Positions 46,754 through 60,940 of a stretch of DNA of 64,000 bases are shown piece by piece; position 1 is the first letter of the stretch, and every line of letters begins with the position of its first letter. Location: the NCBI GenBank assembly GCA_041166405.1, contig JBEEFV010000058.1, positions 14,070 to 78,069 of the forward strand. The letters are read 5' to 3'. Source of the stretch: Actinomycetota bacterium (GTDB lineage: Bacteria > Actinomycetota > Acidimicrobiia > Acidimicrobiales > JACCXE01). Under the pieces are notes generated by a model. That model did no database searches and was not told where the DNA came from. It saw only the letters and a program-made list of their open reading frames with translations. A program made the translations under genes and the position numbers.

Positions 46754-48142
46754 ATGACGCTTGCAGTCCACAACCCGGCGACCGGCGAGCAACTGACTGA
46801 GGTCGCGACGTTCGACGTCGAGGACGTGCCGGCGATCGTCGGTCGCGCTGACGCCGCGCAGAAACAGTGGGCGAAGGTGCCGCCGCGTGAACGCGGCGAA
46901 ATTCTGCGGGCGTGCTGGAAGGCGATGCTCGACAACGAGGACTATCTCGCCCGGTTGATCACCAGCGAGAACGGCAAGCCGATTGCCGACGGTCACGCGG
47001 AGGTGAAGTACGCGGCGGAGTTCTTCCGTTGGAACTCCGAAGAAGCGGTGCGCCTCGACGGCGACGTAGGCGTGCTGCCGAACGGCACTGGGCGCAAGAT
47101 CGTGCTGCGCCAGCCGATCGGCGTCGTGCTGGCGGTCACGCCGTGGAACTTCCCGGCGGCGATGCTGACGCGCAAACTCGCGCCCGCCCTCGCGGCGGGT
47201 TGTGCGGTAATCGCCAAGCCGGCGTCGCTGACACCGATCACCGCGGTGCGCCTCGTCGACATCTTCAAGGACACCGGACTCCCCGCGGACGTCTTCCAGG
47301 TGATCCCCACGACGAACACCGGCGGCGTGGTGAAGGCGTGCCTCGAGCAGGGCCCGGTGCGCAAGCTGTCGTTCACGGGTTCGACGGAGGTCGGCGCCAA
47401 GCTCATCGAACAGGCCGCGCCGCGTGTCGTCAGTTGCGCGATGGAGCTCGGCGGCAATGCGCCGTTCCTCGTTCTGGGCGACGCCGACGTCGACGCGGCG
47501 ATCGACGCCGCGCTCGTGGCCAAGCTGCGCCACAACAGCCAGACGTGCACCGCCGCGAACCGCTTCTACGTCGCCGAGCCGCTGGTCGACGCCTTCACCG
47601 ATGCACTCGTGGCGCGGTTCGAGAAGCTCGTCGTCGGCAACGGCATGGAAGCGGGCACCGACGTCGGCCCGCTCATCGACGACAAGTCACTCAGCAAGGT
47701 CGACGAGTTGGTGCGCAGCGCGCTCGACGCCGGGGCGACGGCTGCCACCGGCGGTGCGCGCCTGACCGATCGCAAGGGCACGTTCTTCGCTCCGACCGTC
47801 CTCACGGGCGTCGCGCCCGACAACCCGATCCTGCGCGAGGAGATATTCGGCCCGGTCGCGCCGATCGTCGCCGTGCCTGACGACGATGAACGCATGCTCG
47901 AGCTCGCCAACGACTGCGACGTCGGTCTCGCCGGATACGTCACCGGGGGCGACTTCGCGCGCGCCCTGTCGGTCGCGGAACGGCTCGAGGTCGGAATGGT
48001 CGGTGTGAACCGCGGCATCGTGTCGGATCCGTCGACGCCGTTCGGCGGAGTGAAGGCTTCCGGTATCGGCCGGGAAGGCGGGCACGAAGGCGTGCTGGCG
48101 TTCACCGAAGCCAAGCTCATCGCCACCGAGTGGACGCGGTAG
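46754..48142 (+). CDS. gabD: NAD(P)-dependent succinate-semialdehyde dehydrogenase
   Basis: TPWNFP, FTGSTEVG, ELGGNAPF, QTCTAANR, EEIFGP and PFGGVKASGIGREGG. Confidence 0.85.
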   Translation: MTLAVHNPATGEQLTEVATFDVEDVPAIVGRADAAQKQWAKVPPRERGEILRACWKAMLDNEDYLARLITSENGKPIADGHAEVKYAAEFFRWNSEEAVRLDGDVGVLPNGTGRKIVLRQPIGVVLAVTPWNFPAAMLTRKLAPALAAGCAVIAKPASLTPITAVRLVDIFKDTGLPADVFQVIPTTNTGGVVKACLEQGPVRKLSFTGSTEVGAKLIEQAAPRVVSCAMELGGNAPFLVLGDADVDAAIDAALVAKLRHNSQTCTAANRFYVAEPLVDAFTDALVARFEKLVVGNGMEAGTDVGPLIDDKSLSKVDELVRSALDAGATAATGGARLTDRKGTFFAPTVLTGVAPDNPILREEIFGPVAPIVAVPDDDERMLELANDCDVGLAGYVTGGDFARALSVAERLEVGMVGVNRGIVSDPSTPFGGVKASGIGREGGHEGVLAFTEAKLIATEWTR

Positions 48143-49446
48143 TCCTCACCGCGCAAGACGCGGAGCTACTGCAGTCGCGTATCGCCGGCGCGCTGTTGCG
48201 TGACGGCGCGCGTGCCGGCGACCGCGTCGCCTTCATCCCGAGCGATCCCGGCCTCACGGCGCCACGCCTGTGCTTCGTGTTGGGAGCGCTGCGCGTCGGC
48301 ATCGTCCCCGTCGTGCTCAACGCGCTGTTGACCGACCACGAGCGCGACGCACTCGTCGCCGACGCGCAACCGGCGCGGGTGCTCACCGACGCCGACCTCG
48401 TGGAAGGCCCCGCCGCAGAACTGGCACCGGTGCCGCTCGCGCGCCCGATGCTCTACACGTCGGGCACGACCGGCGTCCCGAAGGGCGTGTGGTCGGGAGT
48501 GCTGGACGAGACCGACGCGCAGGCATTGCAGCAAGAGGAAAACGAACAGTGGGGCTTCACCGCCGACGACGTGCACCTGGTGTGCGGCAACGTGCATCAC
48601 TCGGCACCGGTGCGCTTCGCCACCGGAACGCTGCTCGCCGGCGGCACGGTCGTACTGCCCGGCAAGTTCGACGCACCGACGCAGTTGCGCGCCGTCGAAG
48701 CGCACAAGCCGACGTCGAGCTTCATGGCGCCGGTGCACTTGCATCGTCTGCTCGACCTCGCCGGCGACGACCCGTCCACGTTCCGCTCCTTCCGCCTGCT
48801 GTGCCACGCCGGCGCTCCGACGAGCGACGCCGTCAAGCGTCGCGCCATCGCGGCGCTTCCCGCCGACAGCGTGTGGGAGTTCTACGGCGCGACCGAGTGC
48901 CAGTTCACCGCGTGCTCGAGCGACGAGTGGCTGGCACGTCCCGGCACCGTCGGGCGCGCTCGCGCCGGGCGGACGCTGCGCGTCGACGCCGACAACACGA
49001 TCTGGTGCACCCCGCCGCCCTACGCCCGCTTCACGTACTGGAACGATCCCGCGAAGACCGCGGCGGCGTGGAACGGCGACGAGTTCACGGTCGGGGACCT
49101 CGGGCGCATCGACGACGACGGGTTTCTGTTCCTCGACGGACGGCGCGACGACCTGATCATCTCCGGCGGCGTCAACGTCTACCCCGCGGAGATCGAACGC
49201 GTGCTCCTCGCCGTCAAGGGCGTCAACGACGCCGCCGTCTTCCCGCGCGAGGACGACAACTGGGGCCAGCGCGTGTGCGCGGTCTACGTCGGCGACGCAA
49301 CGTGCGACGTCGTCACGCAGCAGCTCCGGGCGCGGCTCGCCGGTTACAAGAACCCGAAGGAGATAACGCGCGTCGAGGAGATCCCGCGCAGCGCCAACGG
49401 CAAGATCCGCCGGTCACGGCTCGCGACCGACCTCGGGCTGGACTAG
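48130..49446 (+). CDS. AMP-binding acyl-CoA synthetase
   Basis: YTSGTTGVPKG, YGATE, GDLG..D, GGVNVYPAEIE and GKI. Confidence 0.92.
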   Translation: MDAVVLTAQDAELLQSRIAGALLRDGARAGDRVAFIPSDPGLTAPRLCFVLGALRVGIVPVVLNALLTDHERDALVADAQPARVLTDADLVEGPAAELAPVPLARPMLYTSGTTGVPKGVWSGVLDETDAQALQQEENEQWGFTADDVHLVCGNVHHSAPVRFATGTLLAGGTVVLPGKFDAPTQLRAVEAHKPTSSFMAPVHLHRLLDLAGDDPSTFRSFRLLCHAGAPTSDAVKRRAIAALPADSVWEFYGATECQFTACSSDEWLARPGTVGRARAGRTLRVDADNTIWCTPPPYARFTYWNDPAKTAAAWNGDEFTVGDLGRIDDDGFLFLDGRRDDLIISGGVNVYPAEIERVLLAVKGVNDAAVFPREDDNWGQRVCAVYVGDATCDVVTQQLRARLAGYKNPKEITRVEEIPRSANGKIRRSRLATDLGLD

Positions 49447-49453
49447 GCCGCCG

Positions 49454-50173
49454 TTACGGCTCGAGCCCGAAGACGGCTTGGCGGATCAGCTTGATCGTGT
49501 GGTCGAGCACTTCGATCGCCCTGACCACCAACTCACGCGTTTCCCGATCCGTGGAGCGGTTGTACAGCCGCGACAGCGTGAGCCCCGCGTTGTAGAGCTC
49601 GTTGATCGCCGACGAGTTGAGCTCTTCGGCGATGCGCGCCTGGTCGTTGATGCGCTCGATCACCGCGCCGCGGCGCCGGTCGAGGTCGCCCTCGAGCATG
49701 GCGGTGGCCTGGTCGGTGAAGGCGCGGATCAGTTCGCGCTCGTGCTCTTCGAAGTCGGCGCGCCCCTCGAGGCGCATCACCGCCAGTGCGCCGTCGGGGC
49801 CTGCGACGTGCAGCGGCACCAGCACTGCCGGTCCGGGGTTGCCGCCCGGCAGCGGCGGCTGCGTCGGGTATTTCGCCGACAGGTTCTCGACTCCGAGCGT
49901 TTCACCCGTGCGCATCACCCGGTCGACGGTCGTGCCGTCGGCGCGAAACCGGACACCGCGGTACAACTCGGCGTCGACGCCCTCGGCGGCCAGCACCTCG
50001 AGATGGCCGTCGGGCAGTCGCAGCGCGAGGGCAGCGATGTCGGCGTCGACGAGCTCTCGCAAGGACGACACGATCGACTCCAAGACTTCGTCACGCTCGG
50101 CGCCGCTGACGATGGTGTTGGCGACCCGGCCAAAGGCCGCCACGACTGCGTCAGGTGTTGAACGAACGGACAT
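49454..50173 (-). CDS. GAF + HisKA_3-like protein without ATPase domain, phospho-His replaced by Asn
   Basis: GAF domain, then RIAEELNS (vs canonical RIARDLHD); ends IRQAVFGLEP. Confidence 0.8.
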   Translation of the reverse strand: MSVRSTPDAVVAAFGRVANTIVSGAERDEVLESIVSSLRELVDADIAALALRLPDGHLEVLAAEGVDAELYRGVRFRADGTTVDRVMRTGETLGVENLSAKYPTQPPLPGGNPGPAVLVPLHVAGPDGALAVMRLEGRADFEEHERELIRAFTDQATAMLEGDLDRRRGAVIERINDQARIAEELNSSAINELYNAGLTLSRLYNRSTDRETRELVVRAIEVLDHTIKLIRQAVFGLEP

Positions 50174-50244
50174 CGAATCCTTTGGCCCCAGCCCGGCCCA
50201 ATGAGTTATCACATTTCGCAATTCATCACATGGATGTTCATGCG

Positions 50245-51006
50245 CTATGGCAGCAGATCAAAGCGCCCGTCGGGCAGCGCGCGGGACTCACTCAGCCCGA
50301 AAATGGCCTGCCGGATCAGCTTGATGGCGTTGTCGAGCGCGTTGATGGCGTTCACGACGAGTTCGCGCTGCTCCGGCGACGCCTGATTCGCAATTCCCGA
50401 CATGGTCAGGCTGGCGGAGAAGATCTCGTTGATCGCGGTGTCGTGCAGATCCTCTGCGATTCGCGCCCGCTCCGCGATGAGGTCGAGCGCGACGTTGCGC
50501 CGCCGGCGACAGTCGTTCTGAACCACGAGCGCGCTCTGCGCGGCGAAGCAGCGAATCACGTCGAGATCGACGTCGGAGAACCCCGGGCGGTTGACGAGGC
50601 GGCTCACGCTCAGCACCCCGTACGGTCCGTCGATCGTGACGGGCACGAACGCCGACGGCCCAAGGGCCACGCCCGGCAGCCGGGCACCGATGACGGGCAC
50701 ATCTGACAGGTTGTCCACGAGCACGGCCTCGCCGGTGCGCAGCACGCGGTCAGTCGAAGTGCCTTCGGGCGGATAGACCCGTCCGCGGAAGCTCTCGGCG
50801 TCCACGCCCTCGGCGACGACGGTCATGAGCATCCCGTCATCGAGGCGCAGCGTGACTCCCGCGACATCTGCGTCGACCAGTTCGCACACCGATGAGGCAA
50901 TCAGCGAAAGGACGGCATCCCGGCGTCCGCCGGCAGCGACTGCGGCAGCAACGCGCCCGAAGGCGCCGATCACCGCGTCAGGGTGATACTTCATCTCGTC
51001 AAGCAT
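50245..51006 (-). CDS. GAF + HisKA_3 protein without ATPase domain
   Basis: GAF domain, then ERARIAEDLHD H-box; ends shortly after IRQAIFGL; paralog of 49454..50173. Confidence 0.82.
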   Translation of the reverse strand: MLDEMKYHPDAVIGAFGRVAAAVAAGGRRDAVLSLIASSVCELVDADVAGVTLRLDDGMLMTVVAEGVDAESFRGRVYPPEGTSTDRVLRTGEAVLVDNLSDVPVIGARLPGVALGPSAFVPVTIDGPYGVLSVSRLVNRPGFSDVDLDVIRCFAAQSALVVQNDCRRRRNVALDLIAERARIAEDLHDTAINEIFSASLTMSGIANQASPEQRELVVNAINALDNAIKLIRQAIFGLSESRALPDGRFDLLP

Positions 51007-51091
51007 CGGCCCTCCCCCGGGTTGACCGCGCCCAGCTTGTTCGCTTGCCTAACCAGTATCTACCCCGCCTGTGGATAAAGCCAGGGGTGAC

Positions 51092-51721
51092 TTACGGCGA
51101 CGGAGGCGCCAGCCGCGTGACGCCGCACGCCTCGAAGGCATCGGCGACGAGCGCAGTCAGGTGACTCACCAAAGTCTTGCGGGGCATGGTGCGCGTGGAC
51201 GACCACCACTCGACCGCGGCGAACACCGCGCCCGGAAGGGCGTGGCCCCACACGTCGCCCATCGCCGGATCGCGGCCGACGGCGAACAGTGACGCCGAGA
51301 ACGACGACGCGAACATTTCACCGAGCGCGCTGTTCATCGTGCCGGGGTCGGGCGGGCCGCTGGCGTCGAGGAGAAATCGGAAGACCTGCGGTTCTTTCTC
51401 GACGAACGAACAGAAGATGTTGATGCCCTTGGCGACGGCCTCGCGCAACGGCACGTCAGGCTCGAACACCTGGCCGATCGACGGCACCAGATGCGCGGAG
51501 TAGCGGAACACGAGCGCGCTGGCCACGCCGGAGCGATCGTCGAAGTGGTCGTAAAGAATCGGGCGGCTCACGCCCGCTTCTTCGGCCAACTCCGACATGG
51601 ACACGTCAGCGCCGTGCTTGCGAATGGCGACCACGCAGGCGTCAAGCAGCTGGTCACGGCGCGCCGCGGGGTCGACGCGCGGGCCGCGCGGCCGGCCGAC
51701 TTTGCGCGTGCCGTCACTCAT
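51092..51721 (-). CDS. TetR/AcrR transcriptional regulator
   Basis: LAEEAGVSRPILYDHF HTH. Confidence 0.92.
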   Translation of the reverse strand: MSDGTRKVGRPRGPRVDPAARRDQLLDACVVAIRKHGADVSMSELAEEAGVSRPILYDHFDDRSGVASALVFRYSAHLVPSIGQVFEPDVPLREAVAKGINIFCSFVEKEPQVFRFLLDASGPPDPGTMNSALGEMFASSFSASLFAVGRDPAMGDVWGHALPGAVFAAVEWWSSTRTMPRKTLVSHLTALVADAFEACGVTRLAPPSP

Positions 51722-51749
51722 CGTTCATCAGCATTCCAACGTACACGCG

Positions 51750-51778
51750 TTGACCAATAAACCGACACTGTGTAACTT
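51750..51778 (+). promoter_or_regulatory. sigma70-type promoter (probably leaderless mRNA)
   Basis: TTGACC-N17-TAACTT, ATG 7 nt downstream. Confidence 0.65.
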
Positions 51779-51785
51779 TCTACGT

Positions 51786-52928
51786 ATGGCATCCGACGCA
51801 GACATCCTCGGCCGCGAAGAACAAGACGACCTCGACGCCATCCTGGCGATCAAGCCGGACTGGGAAGCAACCATCCGCGTCGTCGAGGACAACTCCGACA
51901 CCATCTTCACCTGGGATTACGAGCGCTCACGCGTGCCGCTGTCGAAGCTGTACGAGAAGGCCAAGACCGCGCAGTGGAACGGCTCGACCGACCTCGACTG
52001 GTCGATCGACGTCGACCAGGAGAAGTTGGCGGCGATGTCGCCCGATTCGAACCCCGAGATGCTGAAGGCCATGGGCATCGATCTCACCGGCACGCCGATG
52101 GAGAAGTGGGGCGAGAAGGAGTGGCTCGAGATCGCGATCCACCAGCAGAACTTCATGCTCAGCCAGTTCATGCACGGCGAGCAGGGCGCGCTGCTGTGTA
52201 CCGCCAAGATCGTCGAGACCGTGCCGTGGATCGACGCCAAGTACTACGCGGCGACCCAGGTCATGGACGAAGCCCGCCACGTCGAAGTGTTCGCTCGTTA
52301 CCTCGACGAAAAGCTGAACGGCCACTTCCCGCTCAACCCGCACCTCGGTCTGTTGCTCGACGACATCATCAGCCATCCGCAGTGGGACTTCACCTACTTG
52401 GGCATGCAGATCATGGTCGAGGGTCTCGCGCTCGCGGCGTTCGGTCTCGTGCAGGCGATCACGCAAGAGCCGCTGCTGCAGAAGCTGTTGCGCTACGTGA
52501 TGAGCGACGAAGCGCGCCACGTCGCGTTCGGCGTGCTGTCGCTCAAGGAGTTCTACGAGGGCTTGACCGACAAGGAACTCGGCGAGCGCCAGGAGTTCGC
52601 CTACGAAGCGGCTGTTCGTCTGCGCGACCGTCTCGTGGCCGGCGAAGTGTGGGAGCGCATGGGCGTCGACCCGAAGGTCGCCATCACGACGATGCGGCCG
52701 CCGGGGATGTCGAAGAACGACGACCCGTTCCAGATGATGCTGTTCTCCAAGATCGTGCCGAACCTGTCGAAGCTCGGGCTGCTCGACGCCAACAACGCGT
52801 GGCTCCGGAACAAGTTCGACAACATCGGCCTGACGCAGTTCGAGAGCTGGACCGACACGTCGATCGAATACGAGTTGCTCGACGCCGTCACCGCCGACCG
52901 AGAAGCGGCAGCCTCAGAGTCGGCTTAA
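51786..52928 (+). CDS. ferritin-like diiron protein (AurF-like oxygenase family)
   Basis: HGEQGAL, DEARH, VEGLA and a second DEARH (two ExxH diiron motifs). Confidence 0.88.
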   Translation: MASDADILGREEQDDLDAILAIKPDWEATIRVVEDNSDTIFTWDYERSRVPLSKLYEKAKTAQWNGSTDLDWSIDVDQEKLAAMSPDSNPEMLKAMGIDLTGTPMEKWGEKEWLEIAIHQQNFMLSQFMHGEQGALLCTAKIVETVPWIDAKYYAATQVMDEARHVEVFARYLDEKLNGHFPLNPHLGLLLDDIISHPQWDFTYLGMQIMVEGLALAAFGLVQAITQEPLLQKLLRYVMSDEARHVAFGVLSLKEFYEGLTDKELGERQEFAYEAAVRLRDRLVAGEVWERMGVDPKVAITTMRPPGMSKNDDPFQMMLFSKIVPNLSKLGLLDANNAWLRNKFDNIGLTQFESWTDTSIEYELLDAVTADREAAASESA

Positions 52929-54049
52929 GCCGCTCGGCGCGCTCGGCAGTCGTCGTGCGCGGGGTGCGTCCCCGCGGCGCGCTGCGTGAGCCACTGTGCC
53001 GCGGCGACCAACGCGGGGAACGCGGCAGCCGTGTGGCCGCCCGCGTGAATGACGCGCCGCTCGACGACCGCGCCGTGAGCGCACATGCGGTCGCGCAACA
53101 CGGCGCTCAGCTCGACTGGGACGACGTCGTCTTGGTCGCTGTGCACGACGAGCACCGGACCCGCGGGCTTGCGCGATCCCGGATTGTTGGCGCGGCCGAG
53201 CGCTTGCCATGCCGCGTCGGTCGGTCCTTCGGGCCGGACGAGTCGGTCCGGCGGCACGCGACGCGCGGCGCGGTCGATGTCGCCGATGCAACCGGTATCG
53301 ACGGTCGGGAGCACGCGTAGGCCTTCGTCGGTCAAATAGGCGCCCGGTTGCGCGCGGGGATACGCCGCCGCGTACCCACCGACGATGGCGAGGATGAAGC
53401 GCTGTATCGGAAACGTCCGGCCCGCAGCGAGGATGCGATCGATCTCCGTTGCCGGCGCGCCGGCGAAGGTGCCGAGCACGCGCAACGTCGGAGTCCAGGT
53501 GGCGGCGAGTTGGTTGGCCCAGAGCGCGGCGTGGCCGCCTTGGGAGTAGCCGGCGATCAGCAGGCGATTGCCCGCGTGCGCCTCCGGGAGTTGGCGCGCC
53601 GCGACGGCGGCGTCGAGCACGCTGCGACCTTCGCTCACCCCGACGAGGTATGGATGTCGGCCCGGAGTCCCGAGCCCTTCGTAGTCGGTGGCAGCGACGA
53701 TCCAGCCGTGGCTCACGGCGGTGAGCCCGATGGCGCGCACTTCGCTCCCCGACGGTTGCGCCGACGGCGCGCACGCGTCGGCCAAGCCCGTCGTGCCGTG
53801 CGCGTACGTCAACACCACGCGGTCGCGCTTCGTGCCGTGCGGAACGATCGCCAAGCCGGTGACCACGATCGGCGCTCCACTGCGCGACCGTGACGTGTAC
53901 CGGATCTTGTACGTCGCGGCGCCGGCGACCACGCCGGGAACCCGGCGGTACCCGAGCAGCGCGCCGTGACTGGGCGATCGGCTCGGCGTCGCGGTGTGCG
54001 TGCACGCCACGAGGCTCGCGGCGACGACGATGCCGAGCACGCGCCTCAT
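52925..54049 (-). CDS. secretory lipase (LIP family) lipoprotein
   Basis: Lipobox LVAC, HGTTG...CAPS, TDYEGLG, GYSQGG nucleophile, D in DDVV, H in GGH. Confidence 0.88.
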   Translation of the reverse strand: MRRVLGIVVAASLVACTHTATPSRSPSHGALLGYRRVPGVVAGAATYKIRYTSRSRSGAPIVVTGLAIVPHGTKRDRVVLTYAHGTTGLADACAPSAQPSGSEVRAIGLTAVSHGWIVAATDYEGLGTPGRHPYLVGVSEGRSVLDAAVAARQLPEAHAGNRLLIAGYSQGGHAALWANQLAATWTPTLRVLGTFAGAPATEIDRILAAGRTFPIQRFILAIVGGYAAAYPRAQPGAYLTDEGLRVLPTVDTGCIGDIDRAARRVPPDRLVRPEGPTDAAWQALGRANNPGSRKPAGPVLVVHSDQDDVVPVELSAVLRDRMCAHGAVVERRVIHAGGHTAAAFPALVAAAQWLTQRAAGTHPAHDDCRARRAA

Positions 54050-54065
54050 TGCGTAAGACTGCCGC

Positions 54066-54305
54066 ATGCTCTTGATGAAGCCGGGATGTGAGAACTGCGA
54101 CGACGATCTGCCCGCCGACCGGCCAGGCGCGGTGATTTGCACCTTCGAGTGCACGTGGTGCGAGGAGTGCGCGCAAAAGCTCGGCGGGATCTGCCCGAAC
54201 TGCGGCGGCGACCTTCAGCCGCGCCCGCAGCGCCCCACGGCACTCCTCGAAGCGTTCCCGGCGTCGACCGAGCGGGTGCACAAACCGCGGACTGACCTCC
54301 CCTAG
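54066..54305 (+). CDS. DUF1272 Zn-binding protein
   Basis: CENCD..L......ICTFECTWC..C......CPNCGG.L..RP.R. Confidence 0.9.
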   Translation: MLLMKPGCENCDDDLPADRPGAVICTFECTWCEECAQKLGGICPNCGGDLQPRPQRPTALLEAFPASTERVHKPRTDLP

Positions 54306-54357
54306 CGAACTGGTCCTCCCCAGAACCGTAAGACGGTCGTGGGGAGGACCAGTTCGC
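54305..54357. repeat. REP-like palindromic element, copy 2
   Basis: GCGAACTGGTCCTCCCC...GGGGAGGACCAGTTCGC with inner ACCGT/ACGGT stem. Confidence 0.8.
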
Positions 54358-54449
54358 AGGTTGCGGGTGACCTAGTACAGTGATCCGACCCACGGGCCAG
54401 CGTCGTCCCGTTCCTTCCCGAGCACACTTCTCTTCAAGGACCGACGACT

Positions 54450-58962
<4,513 letters not shown>

Positions 58963-58970
<8 letters not shown>

Positions 58971-60414
58971 CGTACGGGGATTTCTGAAGCACGACCGGGA
59001 GACGCCGACGCGGCGCCCGGTACCGGTGCGCCTGCGCGACTGGAAGGAGGTGTACGAGCCGTTCCCGGAAGACCACCTGCAGACGCAGGCGTCGCGTTGC
59101 ATGGATTGCGGCATCCCGTTCTGCAACCAGGGCTGCCCGCTGGGCAACCTCATTCCGGACTGGAACGACCTCGTCTACCGCGACCAGTGGCGCCAGGCGA
59201 TCCAACGACTCCACGCCACGAACAACTTCCCCGAGTTCACGGGGCGGTTGTGCCCGGCGCCGTGCGAAACGGCGTGCGTGCTCGGCATCAACCAGAACCC
59301 GGTCACGATCAAGCAGGTCGAAGTTTCCATCGTCGATCGCGCGTGGGACGAGGGCTGGATCGTGCCGGTGCCGCCGACGGTCAAGACCGGCAAGAAGATC
59401 GCCGTCGTCGGCTCCGGGCCGTCGGGCCTGGCGGCGGCGCAGCAACTGACGCGCGCCGGCCACGACGTCACGGTGTTCGAGCGCGCCGACCGCATCGGCG
59501 GCCTGCTGCGTTACGGCATCCCCGAGTTCAAGATGGAGAAGCGCCACCTCAACCGCCGCATCGAACAGATGGAGGCGGAGGGCACGGTGTTCCGCACGGG
59601 TGTGAACGTCGGTGTCGACGTGACGGCCGCTGAACTCCGAGAGCAGTTCGACGCCGTGGTGCTCGCCGGCGGCGCCACGAACTGGCGCGACCTGCCGATC
59701 CCGGGACGCGAAGTGAACGGCATCTACCAGGCGATGGAGTACCTACCGCCGTCGAACAAGGTTCAGGAGGGCGACCTCGCCACGTCGCCGATCTCGTCGG
59801 AGGGCAAGCACGTCGTCATCATCGGTGGCGGCGACACCGGCGCCGACTGCCTCGGCACTGCGCACCGACAGGGCGCAAAGTCCATCCACCAGTTCGAGAT
59901 CCTGCCGCGTCCACCAGAAGAGCGTCCGGCGACCGCGCCGTGGCCGACGTATCCGATGACGTACAAGGTCACGTCCGCGCACGAAGAGGGCGGCGAGCGC
60001 GTGTTCGCCGTCAACACCGAGTGCTTCCTCGGCGACGACGACGGCAACGTGCGTGCGCTGCGCGCCCACGAAGTCGAGATGGTCGACGGCAGGTTCGAGA
60101 AGATCGAAGGGTCCGACTTCGAGTTGCCCGCCGAGCGCGTGTATCTGGCGATGGGCTTTCTTGGGCCCGAGCACAATGGGCTGCTCGACGATCTCGGCGT
60201 CGAATACGACGAGCGTTCGAACGTGCGTCGCGGCGACGACTGGATGTCGTCGGTCGACGGCGTGTTCGTCGCCGGCGACATGGGCCGCGGTCAGTCGCTC
60301 ATCGTGTGGGCGATCGCCGAAGGCCGCTCGGCTGCGTCAGCCGTCGACCGTTATCTCATGGGCGACACGGCGCTGCCGGCGCCCCTGAAGCCCACCGACC
60401 GGCCGATCGCATAA
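58963..60414 (+). CDS. gltD: glutamate synthase small subunit
   Basis: [28 protein letters not shown] and GGGDTGADC. Confidence 0.98.
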
Positions 60415-60424
60415 CACTGTCGGC

Positions 60425-60940
60425 ATGACCGACTCGTATGTTCATGTATGCCCGGCGTGTGCGGTGATCGACGAGGCCGACGGCGTCGTCGACGGAAACC
60501 TGTTCCCGGTGCTGGCGAAGCACGTCGGCAACGAGAACCGGATCGTCGAAGGACTGAAGAAGACGCAAGACCGCGTCGCCGACGCCATCACGACCTTCGC
60601 GGGTTCGCTCAACTTCGTCTACATCCACACGGTGTGGTTCGGGGTCTGGATCGCCATCAACGTCGGGCTGATCGGCGCGTCGTTGAAGTTCGACAAGTTC
60701 CCGTTCGGGTTGCTGACGATGATCGTGAGCCTCGAGGCGATCTTCCTGTCGACGTTCGTCATGGTGAGCCAGAACCGGCAGTCGGCGCGCGCCGACATCC
60801 GCGCCGAAATCGACTTCCAGACGAACTTGCGCTCCGAGATCTGGTCAGTGCACATCGGCCAAGCGCTCGGGATCGACACCAAGCACGTCGAGGACGCGGT
60901 GCAGCGCGCCATCGAAGGCTCGAAGCAGCAACTCGGTTGA
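60425..60940 (+). CDS. DUF1003 membrane protein
   Basis: RVAD.IT.FAGS..F, FD.FPFGLL....SLEAIFLS.FV..SQNR; N-terminal CPAC. Confidence 0.88.
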   Translation: MTDSYVHVCPACAVIDEADGVVDGNLFPVLAKHVGNENRIVEGLKKTQDRVADAITTFAGSLNFVYIHTVWFGVWIAINVGLIGASLKFDKFPFGLLTMIVSLEAIFLSTFVMVSQNRQSARADIRAEIDFQTNLRSEIWSVHIGQALGIDTKHVEDAVQRAIEGSKQQLG

